Of a stretch of DNA of 47,279 nucleotides, positions 9,268 to 19,008 are shown piece after piece (the first letter of the stretch is position 1; each line of letters opens with the position of its first letter). Source of the stretch: Oligoflexia bacterium (lineage in GTDB: Bacteria > Bdellovibrionota > Bdellovibrionia > JABDDW01); NCBI GenBank assembly GCA_043732305.1, contig JAYTHU010000010.1, positions 1 to 47,279 on the forward strand, written 5' to 3'. The translations under genes were made by a program, and so were the position numbers. Below the pieces are notes generated by a model. The model searched no databases. It had not been told where the DNA came from and worked only from the letters and a program-made list of their open reading frames with translations.

Positions 9268-9835
9268 GATACCCGGTACCCTCCGCAGCACTTTAATTAT
9301 TATTTCTGCTCCCAGTGGAGCGGGGAAAAGCACGCTCTGCGCAAAGCTTGTCGAGGACTATCCAGAAATTGTCGAGAATATCAGCTACACGACTAGACCC
9401 CCTCGCAATCAAGAAAAACATGGGATCGATTATTTCTTTGTTTCCAAAGAGCAGTTTGAGGAAAAAGTAGTCAAGGGCGATTTCATCGAATGGGCGCACG
9501 TTCATGGCAATGATTACGGGATCAGTTATTCCCAAATTGAAGCGGCGCTCGGGGCAAAACATCCGATCATCTTTGATATAGACGTCCAAGGAGCTAGAAC
9601 ATTGCTCTCTAAGTATCCGGATTCACTCACAGTGTTCATTCTGCCGCCCTCCATTGATGAGCTTAAAAGGAGGCTTGCCGTCAGAGATCAAGGCCGAACT
9701 CACAATTTTGACTTAAGAATCAAGAATGCTGAAAAAGAGATCCTTGAAGCCACGTTCTTTAAATATAAAATAGTGAATGCCAAGTTAGAGGAATCCTATC
9801 TCGAACTAAAGAATCTAGTTGAAAAGGATCTGTAA
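9242..9835 (+). CDS. gmk: Guanylate kinase
   Basis: SAPSGAGKST, SYTTRPPR, EWAHVHGNDYG, DIDVQGA, FILPPS. The true start may be TTG 9260. Confidence 0.97.
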   Translation: MNRFKTLSKIPGTLRSTLIIISAPSGAGKSTLCAKLVEDYPEIVENISYTTRPPRNQEKHGIDYFFVSKEQFEEKVVKGDFIEWAHVHGNDYGISYSQIEAALGAKHPIIFDIDVQGARTLLSKYPDSLTVFILPPSIDELKRRLAVRDQGRTHNFDLRIKNAEKEILEATFFKYKIVNAKLEESYLELKNLVEKDL

Positions 9836-9853
9836 TCCAGCTACTAATTATCT

Positions 9854-10093
9854 ATGGCACGAATTACCGTTGAAGATTGTTTGACCAAAGTTAATAACCG
9901 ATTCTCACTTGTTATGCTGGTTTCTAAAAGAGCCAAGCAAATCATGCGCGGATCATTAGCCCTCGTTTCGGCAAGAGATAACAAATCTATTGTTATGTCT
10001 CTCCGCGAAGTCGCTGCCGGCAAAGTCTGGTACGAACTCGATGATACCGAAGGCAGTCAAGAAGAACAAATTCAAAAAGAATTGGTTCGTTAA
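9854..10093 (+). CDS. rpoZ: RNA polymerase omega subunit
   Basis: [10 protein letters not shown]...NRFSLV...KRAKQ; located between gmk and spoT. Confidence 0.97.
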   Translation: MARITVEDCLTKVNNRFSLVMLVSKRAKQIMRGSLALVSARDNKSIVMSLREVAAGKVWYELDDTEGSQEEQIQKELVR

Positions 10094-10108
10094 GACCAAA
10101 GGTCTCCC

Positions 10109-12313
10109 ATGTCCCAATCGGAACGAAATGAGACCGAGTTCAAAACCCCCGAGGCAGCACTAAAGCATCTTAAAGATTTGATTGCCTCCTATTATCCGCA
10201 AGCAGATCTTAATCGTCTCGAACACGCCTTTCAGTTTTCATTACGCTCCCATCAAGGTCAAATGCGCCGAAGTGGCGATCCTTATATTTTGCATCCACTT
10301 GGAGTAGCTACTGTTCTAGCTGAGCTTCGTATGGATATTGATTCCATTGTCACGGGACTGCTTCACGACACGGTCGAAGACACCGTGGCGACACTTGCTG
10401 ATATCGAAAAAGACTTTGGCCCGACTGTGGCAAAACTTGTCGATGGAGTCACAAAGATTTCCCAGCTGACGATTAAAAATACTCATGAAAAACAATCTGA
10501 AAATGTGCGGAAGATGATCGTGGCCATGGGTCGAGATATCAGAGTTATTCTGGTTAAACTTTCTGATCGACTGCACAACATGCGCACTTTGCAATTTATG
10601 CCGCTTGATAAGCAGATCACCATCGCTCAAGAAACTTTGGACATTTACGCTCCGCTGGCTAATCGCCTGGGAATTGGATGGATGAAGATTGAACTTGAGG
10701 ATCTGAGTCTTCGTTATTTGAAACCCGACATTTATTTTTCTCTCGCGCAAAAAGTTTCCAAAAAGAAAAAGGAGCGAGAGAAGTATATAGAAGAGGTGAA
10801 TGCTGAAATAGAAAAAGAAATGCACAAAGAAGGCATTACTCATTTCCAAATTCAAGGGCGGCCCAAACATTTCTATTCCATCTACAAAAAAATGGTGGAA
10901 AGCAATATTGAGTACGAACAAGTTTATGACGTCATCGCGTTTAGAATTTTAGTCGACACAGTTGTCCAATGTTACGGCGTGCTGGGAATTGTTCATAATA
11001 TTTGGAAACCTATTCCTGGCCGATTCAAAGATTTTATCGCCATGCCTAAGGCAAACAATTATCAATCTTTGCACACTACGGTTTTAGGACCGGGAAGTGA
11101 ACGCATTGAAGTTCAGATTCGCACTCATGACATGCAGCTAGTCGCTGAGCAAGGCATTGCCGCCCACTGGAAGTACAAAGAGGGTGCGATGGATAAGGAG
11201 ACTGAGAAGAAGTTTGAGTGGCTGCACCAAATGGTCAAAACACATCAACAACTTCAGGATCCATCTGAATTTTTAGAAAGCATCAAAACTGATTTATTTT
11301 CGAACGACATTTACGTTTTCACTCCGCGTGGGGACGTTCTTGAATTTCCTTATGGAGCGACTCCGCTAGATTTTGCTTACAGCGTGCACACCGAGGTGGG
11401 ACATAAAACGGTTGCCGCTAAAATCAATGGCAAGATTGTTCCTCTGAAACATAAGCTTAAAAACGGCGACAACGTTGAAATCATCACGGCGCCACATCAG
11501 AAGCCAACTAAAGATTGGTTGAAAGTTGCGTTTACTAGTCGCGCGAAAAATAAAATCCGCACGCAAATCAAAAGTGAAGAACGCATCCGTGCAGTTTCAC
11601 TGGGTAAAGAAATCATTGATAAAACATTTAGAAAATATGCACTTCACATTGCTGATCATATCAAAGGCACATCCTTAGAAAAAATTCTCAAAGAATTAGC
11701 CTTGGGAGAAATCAACGACGTTTTTGTAAGAGTTGGTTATGGCAGAATCAGCCCTGAAAAACTTATTGAAATCGTTGCTCCGGAAAAATTAAAAATCACC
11801 CAGCCCGCGCCTGAACCCGATACTTTTCTCAAAAAAGTTTTTAAATCTGCGGTTCAAAAAGCGGTGGGGTCTAGGTCTGCCATTAAAATCCACGGCATGA
11901 ATGACATTCTAGTGAGGTTCGGAAAGTGTTGTAGTCCTATACCAGGAGACCCAATTGTTGGATTTATCACTCGGGGACGCGGCATAACCATTCATTTGGC
12001 CGATTGCTCAAAAGCTTATGACAAAGATTCTGAGCGACGTGTGGATGTGGAGTGGGCCAGGGAAGAAGATTCTGAGCGGGTGGCTAAGATCCGTATAGTT
12101 TGCGTGGATGAACCCGGGCTGCTACAAAAAATGTCAGAGGCGTTTACAGCTCTGGGAATCAATATTCATCAGGCACAAGTGCGAGCCACTAAAGATCATA
12201 AGGCTATCAGTCAGTTCGACGTGAACATCAAAAATATCACCCAATTGAATCGCGCCATGAAGGCACTTGAAACAATAAAAGGCGTTATTACTGTCGAGAG
12301 AGTTAAATTCTAG
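10109..12313 (+). CDS. spoT: Bifunctional (p)ppGpp synthetase/hydrolase (long RSH)
   Basis: Intact HD domain (SGDPYILHP, LHDTVED); synthetase motifs GRPKHFYSI, RFKD, YQSLHT, EVQIRT; TGS (DFAYSVHT), ZFD (CCSPIPGD) and ACT domains. Confidence 0.97.
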   Translation: MSQSERNETEFKTPEAALKHLKDLIASYYPQADLNRLEHAFQFSLRSHQGQMRRSGDPYILHPLGVATVLAELRMDIDSIVTGLLHDTVEDTVATLADIEKDFGPTVAKLVDGVTKISQLTIKNTHEKQSENVRKMIVAMGRDIRVILVKLSDRLHNMRTLQFMPLDKQITIAQETLDIYAPLANRLGIGWMKIELEDLSLRYLKPDIYFSLAQKVSKKKKEREKYIEEVNAEIEKEMHKEGITHFQIQGRPKHFYSIYKKMVESNIEYEQVYDVIAFRILVDTVVQCYGVLGIVHNIWKPIPGRFKDFIAMPKANNYQSLHTTVLGPGSERIEVQIRTHDMQLVAEQGIAAHWKYKEGAMDKETEKKFEWLHQMVKTHQQLQDPSEFLESIKTDLFSNDIYVFTPRGDVLEFPYGATPLDFAYSVHTEVGHKTVAAKINGKIVPLKHKLKNGDNVEIITAPHQKPTKDWLKVAFTSRAKNKIRTQIKSEERIRAVSLGKEIIDKTFRKYALHIADHIKGTSLEKILKELALGEINDVFVRVGYGRISPEKLIEIVAPEKLKITQPAPEPDTFLKKVFKSAVQKAVGSRSAIKIHGMNDILVRFGKCCSPIPGDPIVGFITRGRGITIHLADCSKAYDKDSERRVDVEWAREEDSERVAKIRIVCVDEPGLLQKMSEAFTALGINIHQAQVRATKDHKAISQFDVNIKNITQLNRAMKALETIKGVITVERVKF

Positions 12314-12388
12314 CTTGCGCATTGGGCCATTTTTCTACAAAATAGATCAAGGCACAACGTCAATTTACAAGTAAGCAAAGAGGCACCA

Positions 12389-13510
12389 ATGAATCGACCC
12401 GCAAATATTAAATTGGGATCAAACCATTTTCGAATGATTGCGGCCGGTGTCCTTGCCATCTGCATTTGGATTTCTTCCTGCGGTCATAAGCAAGTGTCTC
12501 CTCAGGCTCCTGCCAGTTCAACTTCCTCAGCGCAAAGTCACGCTGCTCCCACCTCCACATTGAATCTTTCATACATTCCGGAAAATATCGCCGCTGCTCA
12601 AAAAAGTCACACTGCTGATAATTCAAAAAGTCATATTCAGCTTGATGAAAAAAGTAGGGCTAAAGTGGGTGACGCTTTCAAAGCAGTGATTTTGGATGAC
12701 GATAAAAAAGCCAAAACTGCTTTTGGACGCAGCTACAAATTTATGCCCGAGTTTGTTCAGTTTGCATTTGATTTGCGTTTCAAAAATTTTGATCATGCGC
12801 TCGAACTTCTTCCTAAACTTCCTTATAGCGCAGAAGAAAAATCTTTCTGGGCCGGGATTTTGAAAAAGCGTCCTATCGCTTTTGCGAAAACTCTCTGCGA
12901 ACAATTTAAAGCAGATAAATTTCAAATGAACACTCCCGAAATTATGCCTGATGAGCTCGCATGGAGCCAAGAGTACTACGGAGTGATGAATTCACTTTTA
13001 AAAGAAGAGCAATCCAAGGCAACCGCAAAAGCTCCTACACCTTTAAATATCACTTTAGGCAAGATGAAGTTTAAAGATCAAAATTTAAACAGTCTTCCTT
13101 TGGATGAAGCATCCCAAAATATCGTTTATAACGAAGGTTTTTTTGATGGTTTAAGGAATGCTCAAAGGCGTGACACTCGTTTTTGGCTCGACAGTTACAA
13201 AAATGCGTTGAAAGCTTGGATGTACCAGCGCGGGTATTTGCCTTTGTATGTGTATGATTTATATTCATCCATGAATATCACAAATACTCCTCAAAAAGAT
13301 CACTTCATGAAAAGATTGCGCGGAATCATTAAAGACATGCGCGTTGAAAGTTTACTCTCACGAAATCGTGGAGACATGACAATTGGTGATGAAAAAGATT
13401 TAGCCAAAGTAAAAATGATCAGTAAATTCATGAATCGTTATCCTTTTGTTTCTGTGCTGCTCTATTTTGAACCTTCGCTTTCTGGCTGCGATTTAGATTC
13501 TAGGAATTGA
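12389..13510 (+). CDS. Hypothetical lipoprotein
   Basis: 373-aa ORF with RBS GAGG; hydrophobic segment ending ISSC; S/A/P-rich linker; helical body with no recognisable family. Confidence 0.7.
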   Translation: MNRPANIKLGSNHFRMIAAGVLAICIWISSCGHKQVSPQAPASSTSSAQSHAAPTSTLNLSYIPENIAAAQKSHTADNSKSHIQLDEKSRAKVGDAFKAVILDDDKKAKTAFGRSYKFMPEFVQFAFDLRFKNFDHALELLPKLPYSAEEKSFWAGILKKRPIAFAKTLCEQFKADKFQMNTPEIMPDELAWSQEYYGVMNSLLKEEQSKATAKAPTPLNITLGKMKFKDQNLNSLPLDEASQNIVYNEGFFDGLRNAQRRDTRFWLDSYKNALKAWMYQRGYLPLYVYDLYSSMNITNTPQKDHFMKRLRGIIKDMRVESLLSRNRGDMTIGDEKDLAKVKMISKFMNRYPFVSVLLYFEPSLSGCDLDSRN

Positions 13511-13602
13511 TTCCGACATTTGGGATGTTGATTTGTTACGATGGTTGAGCCGACTCTCGCGAAGCTTCGGCAATTTCTCAAACTATAAAATCAAACCAAA
13601 AT

Positions 13603-14199
13603 CTATTGAGGCAAAAATCTCAGCGGATCAACAGGAGCACGATTGAGCCGCACTTCAAAATGCAAGTGGGTTCCTTTGGCATGGCCCGTGCGTCCAACTA
13701 ACCCTAACACCTGACCAAGTTTTACAAGTTGCCCTGACTTCACCAGAATTTTCGAGCAGTGGGCGTAGAGACTCGCAAACTGATCACGCTCTTTACCTGA
13801 GGAGTGATCCACTAAAATCATTTTTCCGTAACCATGAAAAGCATTTCCGGCGTAAATCACGCGGCCCGCAGCCGCCGCTAAAATGTTCGTGCCTTTTGGA
13901 GCTGGTAAATCCAAACCTTCATGTGGCTTTCTCAAGTGTTCGTCAAATCCACGACTCATGCGAGGGTGGGATTTTAGCGGCCAAGCGAGCATGAAGCCTT
14001 CGGATTTTGTTGAATCTTCGCTCGCATTTGCAGCGGATTCGCCTAAATTTAAAACCGGAGTTGGAGAGGCGTTAGGAATAGGATATTTGGGTCGAACAAA
14101 AACTGCATCGCGACTTGACGCCGAGTGATTTTTTACAGGATTGCTCCCACAACCAGAAATTAAAAATAAAAATAAAATTAAGAGAGCGCGATTTCCCAA
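13603..14199 (-). CDS. M23 family metallopeptidase lipoprotein (NlpD-like, no LysM)
   Basis: Lipobox ISGC; HEGLD, GYGKMI, YAHCS, HLHFE motifs; directly downstream of surE. Confidence 0.92.
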   Translation of the reverse strand: MGNRALLILFLFLISGCGSNPVKNHSASSRDAVFVRPKYPIPNASPTPVLNLGESAANASEDSTKSEGFMLAWPLKSHPRMSRGFDEHLRKPHEGLDLPAPKGTNILAAAAGRVIYAGNAFHGYGKMILVDHSSGKERDQFASLYAHCSKILVKSGQLVKLGQVLGLVGRTGHAKGTHLHFEVRLNRAPVDPLRFLPQ

Positions 14200-14942
14200 G
14201 ATTTCAATTCCTCGAGAAGTGCATAATCGGTGCTATCAATTTTAAGTGGTGTCACGCTGATGTATCCTTGATCCACGTGAACGCAATCGCTTCCTGGAAT
14301 ATTTTCGAAACCCTTGTATTCTCCACCGAGCCAATAGTAATGACGGTTGCGTGGATCCACGCGATCCGTGATCATGTCTGTGTAATATCTGAGACCTTGT
14401 TTAGAAATTTTCATCCCTTTGATTTCAGACGGCTTAATATTAGGTACGTTCACATTCATAATATGATTGAGCGGAACATTTCTTTTCATGACCATTGGCA
14501 CAAAAAGTTTTATAAATCCAGCAGCTGTGTCCCAATTCATTTCAACGATTTCTGAGTGATGTCCTAAGCAAAGACTCACAGCCACAGATTTCGCCCCAAA
14601 ATAGGCTCCTTCTCGAGCCGCAGCGACAGTTCCAGAATAATAGATATCATTGCCTAAGTTTGCTCCGCGGTTGATTCCACTCACCACAATATCAGGTTTT
14701 TTCTTCATGATCTGGCGAGTGGCCATGTACACGCAATCGGCGGGGCTTCCACTGACAGCGTAGTAATTTGGAGCCACTTCGTAGCAGCGCAAGGGTTTAT
14801 GGAGAGTGAGGCTGTGACCAGTGGTAGAGCGTTCAAATTGGGGTGCCACGACGGTCACATTGCCCAATTCTTTGAGAGCTTCAGCGAGTTTTAAAATGCC
14901 AGGCGATTCTATTCCATCGTCATTTGAGACCAGGATTTCCAT
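14178..14942 (-). CDS. surE: 5'/3'-nucleotidase SurE
   Basis: ILVSNDDG, GSPADCV, SGINRGANLG, YSGTVAAA, NVNVP. Confidence 0.98.
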   Translation of the reverse strand: MEILVSNDDGIESPGILKLAEALKELGNVTVVAPQFERSTTGHSLTLHKPLRCYEVAPNYYAVSGSPADCVYMATRQIMKKKPDIVVSGINRGANLGNDIYYSGTVAAAREGAYFGAKSVAVSLCLGHHSEIVEMNWDTAAGFIKLFVPMVMKRNVPLNHIMNVNVPNIKPSEIKGMKISKQGLRYYTDMITDRVDPRNRHYYWLGGEYKGFENIPGSDCVHVDQGYISVTPLKIDSTDYALLEELKSWEIALS

Positions 14943-15076
14943 AATTTACCTCTTTGTACTAACTTACGCCCTAGGGATCAAAGTTTCTAGCTTTTTTGGG
15001 CCTACTTGAGGTAAAAAACGGCCTCTACATATTTTTGAAGAATGACGAGTGAAGACGACTTTTAAGAGGGGAATTC

Positions 15077-16546
15077 ATGGGCGCACTTTTAGTTTTGGTG
15101 ACACTGGGTCTGGTCATTCTTTATTACTTTCAACACAATCCGCTCAAACACTCGCCAAAATTCATGATGAGACGTTTCATCAATTGGTTCCCTCTGGGAA
15201 TGACCTACGCATTTTTGTACATGGGGCGATATAATTTGAATGTTTCTAAAAATGCCATGGGCTCGATGATGAGCAAAGAAAGTTTCGGTGTCATTTTTGG
15301 GGCTGGAACAGTCACCTACGGACTTTCATTTTTAATCAACGGTCCACTAGTTGATAAAATAGGCGGGAAAAAAGGTATTGTCATGGCCGCAGTCGGGGCG
15401 AGTATGGCCAACATCATGATGGGCGTAGCCACATTCATGTATTTGAAAGGCCGCTTGGCCGTGAACATGACCGTGACTTTTGCGATTCTTTATTCTCTCA
15501 ATATGTTTTTCCAGAGTTACGGTGCCGTTTCGATTATCAAAGTTAAGGCTTACTGGTTTCACGTTCGAGAGCGGGGAGTATTTGGTGCTATTTTTGGAAC
15601 GCTTATTTCATTCGGAGTTTATTTTGCATTCGATTGGGGAAAAGCGATCGCCGATGCTTCTCAAGTTCACATTAAAAATCCAACGCCTTTTCAGATTACC
15701 TTTCAACGAATGTTTGCCATTGATCTCGGTGAAACTGATGCCACGTGGCTTGTCTTTTTTATTCCGGCATTCATTTTATTGTTCTGGGCCATCATTGATC
15801 TTTGGGTGATCAGAGACACCCCTGCTAAAGCAGGGTTTGCGGATTTTGACACTATGGATGCTTCAAGCGGTGAGATGCATTTAGAATTCACCAAGCTTCA
15901 ATTGCTCAAAAAAGTTTTCAGCAACCCCATAGTAATGCTTATTGCACTTGTTGAATTCACCACCGGCATTGTCAGAAACGGCGTCATGCAGTGGTATAAT
16001 ATTTTTGCTCACGAGGTAAAACAACCTGGGGCGGAGTTTTTTAACGACCACTGGGGTTTAGTTTTATGTGTGACAGGAATTATCGGTGGATTTTTAGCTG
16101 GCGATGTTTCCGACAGATTTTTTCAATCGCGCCGTGGTCCGCCAGTGGCGATCGCCGGAATCATAATGCTGGGATTTGCTGTGACTCTGACTCTTATTTT
16201 GCGGACGAGTCCGATTGGCGTAGGCATATGTGCCGTCGCCTTATGTTTGTTTTCAATTTCAATCCATTCATTGATGTCTGGAACCGCAGCGGCTGATTTT
16301 GGTGGGAGAAAAGCCACGGCTACGGCGAGTGGAATCACTGACGGTTTTGTTTATTTGGGTACGGGATTTCAATCTATCTCACTCGGATATTTGATTCCCA
16401 AAAGTTGGACATTCTGGCCAGCATTTTTAATTCCATTTATTATTATTGGAATTTTCTTGGCGCTCAAAATGTGGACCAGCCTTCCCGAACCCATGCGAAA
16501 ACCCGCTGCTGGTGACCCTGCCCCCGGCGGCTCCTTCGCCCGCTAA
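15077..16546 (+). CDS. MFS transporter, GlpT/UhpC (organophosphate:Pi antiporter)-like
   Basis: Many TM helices; YAFLYMGRYNL, GPLVDKIG, WFHVRERG, RDTP..AG, GDVSDRFF, TASGITDGFVYLG; RBS GAGGGG. Confidence 0.88.
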   Translation: MGALLVLVTLGLVILYYFQHNPLKHSPKFMMRRFINWFPLGMTYAFLYMGRYNLNVSKNAMGSMMSKESFGVIFGAGTVTYGLSFLINGPLVDKIGGKKGIVMAAVGASMANIMMGVATFMYLKGRLAVNMTVTFAILYSLNMFFQSYGAVSIIKVKAYWFHVRERGVFGAIFGTLISFGVYFAFDWGKAIADASQVHIKNPTPFQITFQRMFAIDLGETDATWLVFFIPAFILLFWAIIDLWVIRDTPAKAGFADFDTMDASSGEMHLEFTKLQLLKKVFSNPIVMLIALVEFTTGIVRNGVMQWYNIFAHEVKQPGAEFFNDHWGLVLCVTGIIGGFLAGDVSDRFFQSRRGPPVAIAGIIMLGFAVTLTLILRTSPIGVGICAVALCLFSISIHSLMSGTAAADFGGRKATATASGITDGFVYLGTGFQSISLGYLIPKSWTFWPAFLIPFIIIGIFLALKMWTSLPEPMRKPAAGDPAPGGSFAR

Positions 16547-16548
16547 AA

Positions 16549-17247
16549 TTAACTGTTGGAAAGATCCCAGTTGATGGGCTTGAGGCCGTGAGACTTTAGA
16601 TAAGCATTTGTTTTAGAAAAAGGTTTGCTTCCGTAAAATCCGCCGTAGGCTGAGAGTGGCGAAGGGTGAACTGCTTTTAAAACCAGATGCTTTTTGGAAT
16701 CAACGAACGCCGCTTTTTTCTGAGCGTATGCTCCCCACAGAATAAAAACTAAGTGTTCTCGTTCGTCATTTAATTTTTTAATTACCTCATCGGTGAATTT
16801 TTCCCATCCTTTTTTCTGATGCGATGCTGCATGAGATTCTTGCACGGTGAGAACACTGTTTAATAATAAAACACCTTGCTTGGCCCAAGGAGTGAGATTT
16901 CCACTTAACGGCGCATCTATATTCAAATCAGTTTTTAATTCCTTGAATATATTTTTTAGCGATGGTGGCAAACGCACACCGTCTGGAACAGAAAACGAAA
17001 GTCCCATCGCTTGCCCGGGTCCGTGATAGGGATCTTGACCTAGGATCACAACTTTCACATCTTCAAACGCCACATTGTCGAAAGCTGCAAAGATCTGGAA
17101 ACTTGCAGGGTAAATGCTTTTTTTTTCAGCTTTCTCTTTGGCTAAGAATTTTTTTAATTCCTGCATGTGCGGCTTGTCGAATTCAGAAAATAAAAGCTCT
17201 TTCCATGAATTATTAAGTTTCATGTAAGAAGATTTGTCTTCCACCAT
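16549..17247 (-). CDS. ung: Uracil-DNA glycosylase (family 1)
   Basis: GQDPYH, GLSFSV, PPSLKNI, GVLLLN, HPSPLS. Start is ATG 17253, 17247 or 17223; the longer ORF to 17343 overlaps glyA. Confidence 0.97.
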   Translation of the reverse strand: MVEDKSSYMKLNNSWKELLFSEFDKPHMQELKKFLAKEKAEKKSIYPASFQIFAAFDNVAFEDVKVVILGQDPYHGPGQAMGLSFSVPDGVRLPPSLKNIFKELKTDLNIDAPLSGNLTPWAKQGVLLLNSVLTVQESHAASHQKKGWEKFTDEVIKKLNDEREHLVFILWGAYAQKKAAFVDSKKHLVLKAVHPSPLSAYGGFYGSKPFSKTNAYLKSHGLKPINWDLSNS

Positions 17248-17257
17248 CGTCATAAAC

Positions 17258-18499
17258 TCAGCTGCCTTTGAATATGGGAAAGCTTTGAGCGAGTTCGGCC
17301 ACTTGCGCGCGAATTTTTTGAAGAGCCAAAGATTCGCCGCCACTCTTGATCACTTCGCTGATCCATTTTCCGATGATTTTCATTTCGTCGGTTTTCATAC
17401 CACGAGTGGAAAGAGCTGGGGTTCCAATTCGAATGCCGCTGGTGATAAATGGACTCTTAGTTTCAAAGGGCACAGTGTTTTTATTTACCGTAATCCCTGC
17501 GTGATCGAGCCAGTTTTCGGCATCTTTACCGGTAATATTTTTGTTTGTGAGATCAACCAGCATCAAGTGATTATCCGTTCCGCCGGTGACCAAGTCAAAA
17601 CCTTCACTCACCAAAACTGCCGCTAATGTTTTTGCGTTATCACAGATAGCTTGAACATAAGTTTTGAATTCAGGTCTGAGCGCTTCACCAAATGCTACGG
17701 CTTTAGCAGCAATCACATGCTCCAGTGGACCTCCCTGAATGCCAGGAAAAATTTTACTGTTCAGGCCTTTGGCTAAATTCTCATCACATAAAATCATTCC
17801 ACCACGCGGACCGCGCAATGTTTTGTGAGTTGTTGTTGTCACATAATGAGCAATGCCAATAGGTGAAGAATGATGTCCCGATGCGACAAGTCCCGCAAAG
17901 TGAGCCATGTCACAAAGTAAAATCGCGCCAACGCTATCGGCAATTTCTCTAAATTTTACAAAATCTAATTTTCTAGAATACGCGGAATATCCGCAAATAA
18001 TCATCTTAGGTTTTTCACGCTGTGCGATTTCTAAAACGTTTGCGTAATCAATAAGTTTGTCTTTTGGGCTCACGCCATAATGAATGGCGCGGTATAAAGT
18101 TCCACTAAAATTCACTGAAGATCCATGAGTAAGATGACCTCCATGAGAAAGATCCATTCCCAATATTGTGTCACCAGGTTTAATTGCAGCCAGGTAAACC
18201 GCCATGTTCGCCGATGATCCCGAGTGCGGTTGCACATTCGCATGTCCTGCACCAAAAAGTTGCTTTGCGCGATCAATCGCGAGTTGCTCACTCACATCGA
18301 CAAATTCGCAGCCACCATAATAACGTTTACCAGGATAACCTTCGGCATATTTATTTGTGAGAATGCTGCCTTGCGCTTCAAGGACTGCGGGCGAAACGTA
18401 GTTCTCGCTGGCGATCATCTCTAAACCATGTTTTTGTCTTTGAGTTTCATTTTCAATGACGGTGAAAATATCGGGGTCTTGATCTTTGAGAATGGACAT
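17258..18499 (-). CDS. glyA: Serine hydroxymethyltransferase
   Basis: [44 protein letters not shown] (PLP Lys), GGTDNH. Confidence 0.99.
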   Translation of the reverse strand: MSILKDQDPDIFTVIENETQRQKHGLEMIASENYVSPAVLEAQGSILTNKYAEGYPGKRYYGGCEFVDVSEQLAIDRAKQLFGAGHANVQPHSGSSANMAVYLAAIKPGDTILGMDLSHGGHLTHGSSVNFSGTLYRAIHYGVSPKDKLIDYANVLEIAQREKPKMIICGYSAYSRKLDFVKFREIADSVGAILLCDMAHFAGLVASGHHSSPIGIAHYVTTTTHKTLRGPRGGMILCDENLAKGLNSKIFPGIQGGPLEHVIAAKAVAFGEALRPEFKTYVQAICDNAKTLAAVLVSEGFDLVTGGTDNHLMLVDLTNKNITGKDAENWLDHAGITVNKNTVPFETKSPFITSGIRIGTPALSTRGMKTDEMKIIGKWISEVIKSGGESLALQKIRAQVAELAQSFPIFKGS

Positions 18500-18579
18500 T
18501 GCGATCCCTTCGGTAAGCGTTAGGTGGCAGGCCTAGAAATACCCCAAATTAGTCTAATGAACAAGGGGGCAGGAGGGAT

Positions 18580-19008
18580 TTAACAGGTGATTTTAGCGGT
18601 GCGCCGCTCATGCCGACCACCCAGGAATTTAGTCTTAAGCCAGGATTGGGTGATCATAAGGCCAAGTCCTTCGGGAATGAGACGGGATCCGAGGCAAAGT
18701 ACGTTAGAGTTGTTGTGTTGTCGGCTCAAGATAGTCGAAGGTAAATCCCAGCATAACGCAGCTCTGATTCCAGCAAATTTGTTTGCTGTCATCGCCATGC
18801 CTTGACCACTTCCACAAACCAAGATACCTCGAGCGGATTCTTCCAAGACCTTCTCGCACAATGTTTTCGCAAATTCGGGATAGTCGACTGAGTCTTCGTT
18901 ATTGGTTCCAAGATCGATGATCTCGCCAATGCCAAGATCTTTCAGCGCGTGAATCAAGTACTCTTTGTATTTGAAACCAGCATGATCGGATGCGATAAAA
19001 ATTTTCAT
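18580..19008 (-). CDS. rpiB: Ribose 5-phosphate isomerase B
   Basis: SDHAG, DYP, CGSGQG, ANK, HNNSN, GGRHERR. Confidence 0.96.
   Translation of the reverse strand: MKIFIASDHAGFKYKEYLIHALKDLGIGEIIDLGTNNEDSVDYPEFAKTLCEKVLEESARGILVCGSGQGMAMTANKFAGIRAALCWDLPSTILSRQHNNSNVLCLGSRLIPEGLGLMITQSWLKTKFLGGRHERRTAKITC

Noticed and set aside
10316..10921. 201-aa minus-strand ORF inside spoT, and similar short ORFs inside other core genes
   Set aside because: Fully nested in well-supported genes, with no independent coding evidence.
13603..14942. surE followed by an M23 peptidase lacking LysM, with no pcm gene
   Set aside because: An ordinary variant of the conserved surE-nlpD neighbourhood; the catalytic motifs are standard.
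17254..17343. N-terminal extension of the ung ORF
   Set aside because: It overlaps the glyA coding end in another frame; Ung similarity begins near MKLNNSW.
18500..18579. Possible ZTP, glycine or THF riboswitch upstream of glyA
   Set aside because: The gap is only 80 nt and I could not find the conserved aptamer elements of these riboswitches; an Rfam/Infernal scan would settle it.
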